Positions 56,339-64,000 of a stretch of DNA of 64,000 bases are shown one piece after another (position 1 is the stretch's first letter; the number at the start of each line of letters is the position of its first letter). Under the pieces are notes generated by a model that worked only from the letters and a program-made list of their open reading frames with translations, was not told where the DNA came from and did no database searches. This DNA comes from Tumidithrix helvetica PCC 7403 (GTDB lineage: Bacteria > Cyanobacteriota > Cyanobacteriia > Pseudanabaenales > Pseudanabaenaceae), in assembly GCF_965232925.1 (NCBI RefSeq), contig NZ_CBDDRA010000001.1:1-64000 (forward strand), written 5' to 3'. The translations under genes were made by a program, and so were the position numbers.

Positions 56339-57661
56339 CTATTGTCGATTGTACCAACGCATTAGTACTCCAGCTAATTTATCGGAATCATGCCGCACGA
56401 TCCCATTGGCAGTTTCTTGCATGACATTGGCAAGTAAAATTGGACAATTGAGTATTACCAAGTTATCGCGATCGAAGTTGGTGAAATGACAGCCGCTACT
56501 TTCATAGTGCTGAAGCGATCGCTCGGATGGTGGATATTTCTGGACGAGAACCACATCAAACAATCGTACCCCAGCCACGTTATCTAGCGCCCTCACATAG
56601 TCAGCAACACTATAGCCTTCAGTTTCTCCTGATTGGCTCATGATATTGCATACGTAAATGCAAGGAGCTTGACGATTGACGATCGCTTCTAAAATATCAG
56701 GCACTAATAGGTTTGGAATAATACTGGTATAAAGACTGCCAGGCCCGATGATAATGCAGTCTGCCTCAGCAATATCTATGACGGCTTGGGGAAGTGCAGT
56801 AGGGCTTTCAGGGATACAGCCAATCCGTTTGATCTTGCCATGGGCTTCGGAAATTTTAGATTCGCCTTCGATGTAGCGACCATCCTCTAAGTCAGCCCAA
56901 AGTACCATGTCATCTAAGGTAGCAGGCAAAACGCGACCTCTTACGGCCAAAACTTGCGAACTGGCGGTGACAGCTTTTTCTAAATCTCCAGTAATCTCAC
57001 TCATCGCCGTGAGGAATAAATTCCCAAAGCTATGCCCAGATAAACCTTCGCCTGACTGAAACCGATATTGAAATAATTCTGTGACCAGTTTTTCTTCGTC
57101 AGCGAGGGCAGCGAGGCAATTGCGAATATCCCCAGGGGGCAAGACCCCATGCTCGCGTCGCAAGCGCCCCGAAGAGCCACCATCATCGGAAACAGCAACG
57201 ATCGCAGTGATATTGGCACTATACCGTTTAAGTCCTCTAAGTAGCGTAGATAGCCCCGTGCCACCTCCAAGCGCTACTAACTTTGGTCCTCGATTGAGTT
57301 TGCGATGGGTGAGTAAGAGATCCACCAATTCTTTATCGTTGTCAGGTACTAAGGCTTGAGTAATCGATCGCAGGATGCGCTTTTGCCCCAACCACAAAAG
57401 CCCGATGCCAAGGACGACAGCGATCGGTCCGCTAATATGGCGTGGTAGCAATTGCGCTAAGTTTTCGAGCACTGAGCCAACCAGACGGGTAATAAATAGA
57501 ACAGGCGTGAGTTTGGCAGAAATTGCCAGCCCTAGACTAATTAAAATAATGCCAAAGATACTTAAAAACAGCCAACGTTTCACAAACAGACCGGGTATTA
57601 GCCATTTCAGCCAGCCGATCGCTTTGTTTCGTTTCCGTGTTGTTTTTTTAGGGAATTTCAT
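56339..57661 (-). CDS. yvcK: YvcK/CofD-family gluconeogenesis factor with N-terminal TM extension
   Basis: [18 protein letters not shown] and the UPF0052 pattern. Confidence 0.8.
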   Translation of the reverse strand: MKFPKKTTRKRNKAIGWLKWLIPGLFVKRWLFLSIFGIILISLGLAISAKLTPVLFITRLVGSVLENLAQLLPRHISGPIAVVLGIGLLWLGQKRILRSITQALVPDNDKELVDLLLTHRKLNRGPKLVALGGGTGLSTLLRGLKRYSANITAIVAVSDDGGSSGRLRREHGVLPPGDIRNCLAALADEEKLVTELFQYRFQSGEGLSGHSFGNLFLTAMSEITGDLEKAVTASSQVLAVRGRVLPATLDDMVLWADLEDGRYIEGESKISEAHGKIKRIGCIPESPTALPQAVIDIAEADCIIIGPGSLYTSIIPNLLVPDILEAIVNRQAPCIYVCNIMSQSGETEGYSVADYVRALDNVAGVRLFDVVLVQKYPPSERSLQHYESSGCHFTNFDRDNLVILNCPILLANVMQETANGIVRHDSDKLAGVLMRWYNRQ

Positions 57662-58087
57662 TCAGTTACCTGAAATATGCACCAATACTTCACGCGTGCG
57701 TCCGAGGCTGCGATGTTCCCAGATGTATATTCCTTGCCAAGTTCCTAGGGCTAGGCGTCCATTGGAGATCGGAATGTTTTCTGAGGTTTTTGTGAGGGCA
57801 GTACGAATATGAGCAGGCATATCATCAGCGCCTTCATTGCTGTGGCGATAATCCCGTCCATTCTCAGGAACGAGTTTTGCGAAAAAAGTTTCTAAATCCG
57901 CCAAGACATCTGGATCGGCATTTTCTTGAATAATCAAACTGGCTGAGGAATGACGCAAAAACAGCGTACATAGCCCAACTTTGGTGTTCGATTGCGCGAC
58001 GATCGCTTCGACTTGGCGCGTGATGTCATATAGAGACTTGCCACGAGTCCCAATTTTCAACAGATTTTGAGTGTGAGTAACGATCAT
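57662..58087 (-). CDS. yjbQ: YjbQ-family (UPF0047) protein
   Basis: MIVTHTQNL...GLCTLFLRHSSASLIIQENADPDV...HSNEGADDMPAHI. I preferred the start at 58087, which makes a 4-nt ATGA overlap with rsmE, over the ORF-track start at 58189. Confidence 0.75.
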   Translation of the reverse strand: MIVTHTQNLLKIGTRGKSLYDITRQVEAIVAQSNTKVGLCTLFLRHSSASLIIQENADPDVLADLETFFAKLVPENGRDYRHSNEGADDMPAHIRTALTKTSENIPISNGRLALGTWQGIYIWEHRSLGRTREVLVHISGN

Positions 58088-58959
58088 GATTTCGAACGAG
58101 CTTCTAGTGCAGCACGAATTATTGCTAATGCTACCACTGGTGCAGTAATTGCCGACAAGATGCGATCGCCAAGGGAGACAGGTTGCCAATGATTTGCGAT
58201 GGCTAAGGCTTCTTCTTGAGCCGTCCAGCCACCCTCCGCACCCGTAGCGATCAGAATAGAGTCTGACGCGAATCTTGGTATTTTGGCATCGTCTTGAAGG
58301 TCGATTCGATCGGAATTTAGGTCGTTATTTAGGTCGTCGTGGTTTAAATAAGTTAGGTTCAAATAAGTGAGTAAGTGAGGCACGCCATGCTGGTGAGTAA
58401 CGCAGATCAATTTGGTTTGGCTCGTTTGAGCAGGTGCGGCAATTAAATCCTTAAACGCACATGGGGAAGCGATCTGAGGTACATAAGCCTGCCAAGATAA
58501 TTCCGTTGCTTCTTGGGCAATACGCTGCCATCGTTCTAATTTCTGACTCCCCAAGGGGGTATTGGGTTTGATCGCGGTGCGATCGCTCCACATGGGCAAA
58601 ATCTGTCGCACCCCCAATTCCGCTGCTTGACGAATGACAGATTCGATCGTGTTCCCTTTAGGCATGGCGATCGCCAACATCACTTCAATCTCAGTTTCGG
58701 CATAATTTGGAATTTCTGCCAAAATCTGTGCTTGTACCAAGTTTGTGGGATCGTTGGGCTGAATGTTGGTGTGAATCTGAGTCAGCCAACCATGTCCCAT
58801 GCCATCCAGCGCAATGAACTCTGCACCAGTACTCAGACGCAAGACATGGCAGAGATAGTGTTTTTGTTTGGGCGTAAGGGTAAGCAGTGCAGAAACCTGA
58901 AGTTGTTCGTCTAACTGAGTGCGATCGAGGGTAATACGTTGAAGTTTACTGCGTTGCAT
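58084..58959 (-). CDS. rsmE: 16S rRNA (uracil1498-N3)-methyltransferase
   Basis: A PUA-like N-terminus is followed by a SPOUT C-terminus carrying ATGAEGGWT. Confidence 0.8.
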   Translation of the reverse strand: MQRSKLQRITLDRTQLDEQLQVSALLTLTPKQKHYLCHVLRLSTGAEFIALDGMGHGWLTQIHTNIQPNDPTNLVQAQILAEIPNYAETEIEVMLAIAMPKGNTIESVIRQAAELGVRQILPMWSDRTAIKPNTPLGSQKLERWQRIAQEATELSWQAYVPQIASPCAFKDLIAAPAQTSQTKLICVTHQHGVPHLLTYLNLTYLNHDDLNNDLNSDRIDLQDDAKIPRFASDSILIATGAEGGWTAQEEALAIANHWQPVSLGDRILSAITAPVVALAIIRAALEARSKS

Positions 58960-59029
58960 AGAGCGATCCTATTTCAAGGATTTTGGATTGTGAATGTACC
59001 GTACAAACTTAAAAATTTCTATTAAATCT

Positions 59030-62000
59030 TCACGTCGCACGACAACGATGTAAGGCTTGCACTAACTCTTCTATCTTAATCGGTTTGGTAATGTAATCAT
59101 TCATCCCTGCTTCTAAGCAAGACTCGCGCACGCCCTGCATAGCATTAGCAGTCATTGCGATAATGTGAACAGGCTTGGTAGAGAATTTGGCAGATAGTGT
59201 GGAAGAATAGGTTGGCAAATCGACTTCATCCATATTTTCGTATTTTATTGTTTTTGTGGTTCCATTCTCATCACTAATTTTTTCGCGTACTTCTCTCATC
59301 CGAATTTGTCTGGCTGCCTCCAATCCATCCATTTCGGGCATTTGCACATCCATAAGAATCACATCATAGGTTTGACGATATAGCGCCTCTATGGTTTCTA
59401 GTCCATTGCTGGCAATATCAACGCGGTAGCCCATCCGTCCCAATAGTCGCGAAGCCACTTTCTGATTGACCACATTATCTTCAGCTAAGAGAATCCGAAG
59501 TGGCAGGGTTTCAGACAAGTTCGAAGTAAGTGGCGATCTTGTGGTAACTGGTGTAATGAGAGCATTGGCTTTGTCATTCGAGCCTTTACCCATTGAGACC
59601 CTCACGTCTACTAGAGGAGCATCAAGGGGGCGATCGCGCGTTTCGCTCAAGACCGACTGCAAAGCGATCGTAAAGTAGAAAGTTGAGCCAATAGAATGAT
59701 GAGTAGGTGGTTCCCAGCCAGCAGGAGGGTTGCCACCGATGCTACCCCTACTTTCGACCCACATTGTACCCCCCATCAGTTCGCTCAGTCGATTGCTGAT
59801 TGCCAATCCTAGCCCTGTCCCTCCATACTGACGCGTTGTCGAAGCGTCTACTTGGCTAAAAGGTTTGAACAGCCTATACATTTTTTCAGTGGTAATGCCG
59901 ATACCTGTATCTTGGATCGCAAATTGCAACAAGTATTCCGCGCGATCGCTTTCTCGTGGGTGATTTATGTCTACTTCTCGAATGTCTTTGCGAACGATCG
60001 CTGAAACTAATATATTGCCTTGCTGTGTAAATTTAATTGCATTCCCAATTAGATTCACCAAGATCTGCCGCAGTCTTGTGGCATCCCCTTTCAGCACAGC
60101 AGGTATTTGCGGATCGAGCGCATAGGACAGCGCAATTCCTTTTTTCTTGGCAGAACTGGCGAGCAGGTCGATCGCACCTTCAAGACAGTTATGCAAATTA
60201 AAGGGATGTTGTTCTAGATCGAGATAGCCTGATTCAATTTTAGAGAAGTCCAGAATATCATTGATAATCGTCAACAAGGCATCACCGCTGTCTCTCACGA
60301 TTTCCACATACTCTCTTTGCTCTGGGGACAAATCCATATCAAGGAGAAGGCCCGTCATACCAATGACAGCATTCATCGGCGTGCGAATCTCGTGACTCAT
60401 CATTGCGAGAAATTCACTCTTAGACCGATTGGCAGTTTCTGCCATTTCCCTCGCTTTCTCTAAATCTAAGTTTTTGGCAATCATTGCTTCCCGTTGCGAC
60501 TTTTCTTGATCGAGCAACTGAGCGTGGGCGATCGCAATGCCTACCTGTGCAGCCACTGCTTCTAGCAATTCGATCTCGTCAGATGTCCATTCTCGAAAGC
60601 GATCGCATTGATGCAAAGCAATCACCCCATTGGGCTTACCCTTGTAAGAAGTGCGGATTGCCAGCATAGACTGCAGATTGATTTTTTTGCAGAAAGAAAC
60701 AGAAGGGGCTAAAAGTGGGTCGTCATAAACATTAAAAGAACTCACAACTTCATCAGCCGCAAGAATTTTTTGAGCGTGAGGATTATTTCCCACCAAAATG
60801 TCCATACCTAGCATGGATACATTGTCTGCTTCAAGATATTCCCCCACTACGGGTATGGAGGAAGCGCCAAACTCGTAGGTATGAATGTGGCAACGACTTA
60901 CACCAAACGTCATACCAATCTGGGCAGTAGCTGTAGCAAAAATCTTTTTGCTGTCTAAGCTTTGACGGATTTCGTCTGTAATCTGTTTCAGCAAGAGGGC
61001 GCGCTGAAATTGACGACTAAAGAGTTCTTGAGCAGATCGGCGATCGCTAATATCCGTATGCGTTCCTACCATGCGCAGGGGGTTGCCCGTCTCATCTCTT
61101 GCCGTGACCTTCCCTCTAGTTAAAACCCAAATCCATTCCCCAGACTTTTGCAATATCCGTGCTTCAGTTTCATAGATCGAACTCAATCCTTCTAGATGAT
61201 CTTCTAAATAGGCAAGTGCTAACTCTCGATCTTGCGGGTGAATTAGTGCTTCCCATGCCGAAATATGGGACCGGATCTCCCTATCTTCGTAGCCCAAATG
61301 CTCTTCTAACCAACGGGGACTAAAGTAGCATTCCCCTGTAACAATATTCCAATCCCACAAGCCATCATCGGTGCTTTCGATCGCCAAACGTAAGCGATCG
61401 GCACTCAGTTGCAATTCTTCTTCTGCCCTACGCCGTTGTGTAATATCTCTAGAAGTTGCAATAATTTCTTGTGCAGTCTGGTGCGGATCGCGGATCGCCC
61501 GAAAGGTCGTTTCTAGCCAGATATAAGATCCATTTTTAGCTCGAATTTGATAGCTGATGCAGTTGGTAATGGGTTGCTCTAACAGAACTCGGATCCCAAG
61601 TTCGACCCGCAGCAGGTCTTCAGGAGCGATTGAGTCATAAATTGTAGATCCAATTAGCTCTTCTGGCTCATATCCAAGTAAGGTACGACAGGCAGGTGAC
61701 ACGTAAGTATATCTACCATCGGTTGTATGCCGCGAAATAATGTCGTTAGAATGTTCGGCTAACAAACGATAGAGAGATTCGCTCTCGCGTAGTGCTACCT
61801 CCGCCTGTTTGCGATCGGTAATGTCTCGCGTTGAGATCGCCACACCATCGATTAAGGGAACGATTTGATGTTTTAGCCAAAACCTATTTTCACCTTCAAC
61901 AGCAAGCGCCGACTCTTCTTCAAGCAGTTCTCCTGATTCTACTACACGAACAAACTTATCAAAAAATCCTTCAGAAAAATGATGGGGTAGAAGTTGACAG

Positions 62001-63058
62001 AACCCTTTTCCCACAACCTGACTTCTAGACATTGAGATTAACTGCTCGGCTTGCAAGTTAATATCCACAAACGTAAAGTCAATAATTTTACCCTGCTCAT
62101 TTCTGATGCTATCTAAAATAAAGAAGGCATCCAAGTGCCCCCTCGTGGCAGCACGGTATCTGGCTTCGCTCAATTGCAACTCAGCCAAGGTTCTTAACTG
62201 TTCTGTAATATCGCGACAGATAAAGATGATATTACCGTCTTCGCTCAGGGTCAAGGAAAGTTCTTCCAAAAATGCTTTCCCATTTGCTTTCTTAGCAAAA
62301 GCTTCGCCTCGCCAACTACCTTGGACTTTTAATAAAGGAAATATCTCTGTTTCAAGGTGATTCGCTTCTTTGGGGGAGTATAGGTTGCGCCAATCGCTCC
62401 CTAATAGTTCCTTGCGATCTCTATAGCCAAAAAGCTCAACCTGAGAGGGATTGAGATAGACAATTTCTCCTCGATTGGATAAAACCATCATGCCATCCAT
62501 GGCAGCTTCAAAGGCTTTAAATCGCTTCTGTAAATCCTGCTCTTCCTTTGGAGGATCGAGACCTTCTGAGTCAATTGCAGTTTCTCTAGATTGAATCTCT
62601 CGATCGGATGGAAGGAGGGATAAAGCTTGGAGAATACTGCGCTCGGAAATCATTCCGACAAAATATTCTCTACGATCTACCACTGGTAGATAATGAACTT
62701 GGTGTTGCTGCATGATTTGCCACAAGGCTTTTGGATCGGGCTCGATTGGTTCTATGAGGGTAACAACAGGGGGCAGCATCACCTCACCAATCAGGATTTC
62801 TGAAATATTCATTTTTGTAGCAATCAACTTAAGTAGCGATCGCTCAGAGAAACTCCCCAGAACTCGAACGGGCTGAGGATCTGCTTGACTCTCAATTAAG
62901 TTTTTATTGGAGGTTTCAATGGGCTCTACGATCCAAACAATCTCTGCTTGCTGCTGGTGCATCAGGGCGATCGCATCTGTCAGTACTCGATTGGGCAGTA
63001 CAGTTAAAAGCGATCGCTCAATTATGAGATCTTGAGATAGCACAGTAAAGGAAACCAT
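59030..63058 (-). CDS. multi-sensor hybrid histidine kinase (CBS pair, multiple PAS, GAF, HisKA, HATPase, receiver)
   Basis: The phosphoacceptor box is HEIRTPMNAVIGM. The HATPase motifs are GTGLGLAIS and DTGIGI. The C-terminal receiver reads ILLAEDN...DVILMDVQMPEMDG. Confidence 0.9.
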   Translation of the reverse strand: MVSFTVLSQDLIIERSLLTVLPNRVLTDAIALMHQQQAEIVWIVEPIETSNKNLIESQADPQPVRVLGSFSERSLLKLIATKMNISEILIGEVMLPPVVTLIEPIEPDPKALWQIMQQHQVHYLPVVDRREYFVGMISERSILQALSLLPSDREIQSRETAIDSEGLDPPKEEQDLQKRFKAFEAAMDGMMVLSNRGEIVYLNPSQVELFGYRDRKELLGSDWRNLYSPKEANHLETEIFPLLKVQGSWRGEAFAKKANGKAFLEELSLTLSEDGNIIFICRDITEQLRTLAELQLSEARYRAATRGHLDAFFILDSIRNEQGKIIDFTFVDINLQAEQLISMSRSQVVGKGFCQLLPHHFSEGFFDKFVRVVESGELLEEESALAVEGENRFWLKHQIVPLIDGVAISTRDITDRKQAEVALRESESLYRLLAEHSNDIISRHTTDGRYTYVSPACRTLLGYEPEELIGSTIYDSIAPEDLLRVELGIRVLLEQPITNCISYQIRAKNGSYIWLETTFRAIRDPHQTAQEIIATSRDITQRRRAEEELQLSADRLRLAIESTDDGLWDWNIVTGECYFSPRWLEEHLGYEDREIRSHISAWEALIHPQDRELALAYLEDHLEGLSSIYETEARILQKSGEWIWVLTRGKVTARDETGNPLRMVGTHTDISDRRSAQELFSRQFQRALLLKQITDEIRQSLDSKKIFATATAQIGMTFGVSRCHIHTYEFGASSIPVVGEYLEADNVSMLGMDILVGNNPHAQKILAADEVVSSFNVYDDPLLAPSVSFCKKINLQSMLAIRTSYKGKPNGVIALHQCDRFREWTSDEIELLEAVAAQVGIAIAHAQLLDQEKSQREAMIAKNLDLEKAREMAETANRSKSEFLAMMSHEIRTPMNAVIGMTGLLLDMDLSPEQREYVEIVRDSGDALLTIINDILDFSKIESGYLDLEQHPFNLHNCLEGAIDLLASSAKKKGIALSYALDPQIPAVLKGDATRLRQILVNLIGNAIKFTQQGNILVSAIVRKDIREVDINHPRESDRAEYLLQFAIQDTGIGITTEKMYRLFKPFSQVDASTTRQYGGTGLGLAISNRLSELMGGTMWVESRGSIGGNPPAGWEPPTHHSIGSTFYFTIALQSVLSETRDRPLDAPLVDVRVSMGKGSNDKANALITPVTTRSPLTSNLSETLPLRILLAEDNVVNQKVASRLLGRMGYRVDIASNGLETIEALYRQTYDVILMDVQMPEMDGLEAARQIRMREVREKISDENGTTKTIKYENMDEVDLPTYSSTLSAKFSTKPVHIIAMTANAMQGVRESCLEAGMNDYITKPIKIEELVQALHRCRAT

Positions 63059-63259
63059 TGACGCATGGGTAACTGACTTAACCTAGTAGCTTTATGCAAG
63101 CAGACATCTATTCATATATTTTTTATATAAATAAAATTTTTAAGTTCTCTTGATTCAGTTTATATCTGTTTCTGCTGTGTAAGTCTAGAGAATCCTTTCA
63201 GACAATTTCTAGCAGTAATCTCAGCCTAAAAAATCGGGACTAAGAAATATTTTAACTCT

Positions 63260-64000
63260 TCAGCTTTTTGTCGGAAATATCCAGCCTTTACGCCAAAAGT
63301 AAAATAACAAACTGCCTGCAATCGTCAGCATCATCCCCCAACACATGACATAAGCATAGGGAAATCTTAATTCAGGCATATTCCCTGGTACAGAAGAGTC
63401 AAAATTCATCCCATAAACCCCTGCAATAAAGGTTAGAGGAATAAATACTGTTGAAATTACAGTTAAAAACCGCATCGCTTCATTAATGCCATTATTAATC
63501 GAAGACAAATAGACTTCCAATAAGCTAGAGGCAAGTTCGCGATAGGTTTCTACCATGTCGATTAGTTGCACGGTATGATCGTAGCAGTCACGTAAATAGA
63601 CCCGCACAGATTTGCTGATTAAAGGGCTTTCATCTCGAACGAGAGTCCCGATCGCATCTCGTTGTGGCCAAATCGCTCGGCGCAGTTGCAAAAGTTCTCG
63701 CTTAATTTTATGGATCTTATCTAAAGTATTCTGCGTGGGCTTATCGACAACTTCGTCCTGTAGTTCCTCTAATCGCTCGCCATAGTCTTCTAGTACGGGG
63801 AAAAACCCATCAATGACTGCGTCAATTAGGGCATAGGCAAGATAATCACTCCCCTGCTCTCGAATTGCGCCGCGATCGCGATGAATGCGTTGGCGCACAG
63901 GCTCAAAAGCATCTGTTTCTGGTTCTTCTTGAACAGTGAGCAGGTAATGTTTGCCGACGATCAAACTGACTTGTTCGCTTGTAAATCCTTTATGATCTGG
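63260..64000 (-). CDS. corA: CorA-family Mg2+/Co2+ transporter; the N-terminus lies beyond the window
   Basis: The GMNF signature sits before two C-terminal TM helices. The ORF is still open at the window end. Confidence 0.85.
   Translation of the reverse strand, partial: PDHKGFTSEQVSLIVGKHYLLTVQEEPETDAFEPVRQRIHRDRGAIREQGSDYLAYALIDAVIDGFFPVLEDYGERLEELQDEVVDKPTQNTLDKIHKIKRELLQLRRAIWPQRDAIGTLVRDESPLISKSVRVYLRDCYDHTVQLIDMVETYRELASSLLEVYLSSINNGINEAMRFLTVISTVFIPLTFIAGVYGMNFDSSVPGNMPELRFPYAYVMCWGMMLTIAGSLLFYFWRKGWIFPTKS

Overview
This window reads as cyanobacterial chromosome. The HIP1 octamer GCGATCGC recurs throughout, and the housekeeping genes (thrB, chlM, mutY, rsmE, an RRM-type Rbp, an SLH-OprB porin, the DUF3038/DUF4335 pair) fit that call. 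The region is packed with accessory and defence-like genes. Two low-GC, HIP1-poor islets each carry a NACHT STAND NTPase: AlbA_2/Schlafen-NACHT-HEAT at 836-3964, next to a RelE/ParE TA pair and an IS630 transposase fragment at the window edge; and NACHT-GUN4 at 26960-29329, next to VapBC and a decayed Uma2 gene. There are two CHAT caspase-like proteases, one fused to a truncated AAA_35 domain and one TPR-CHAT whose TPR units form near-identical 120-nt tandem repeats. A full-length bacterial homolog of the eukaryotic major vault protein sits at 12689-15289, convergent with a flotillin/SPFH gene. A pair of paralogous DUF4157 ('eCIS-associated') polymorphic-toxin genes lies at 49150-54980. They share about 1.3 kb of near-identical 5' sequence but end in different effector modules, two tandem GGDEF nucleotide-cyclase domains versus a RelA/SpoT-like toxSAS alarmone-synthetase domain, and are followed by an IS630 remnant. 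The window also holds a PilJ/PilL-like chemosensory pair (MCP plus hybrid CheA), a large multi-sensor hybrid kinase, two families of MITE-like repeats and several hairpin terminators. All calls come from reading the sequence and recalling family motifs; no database searches were run.
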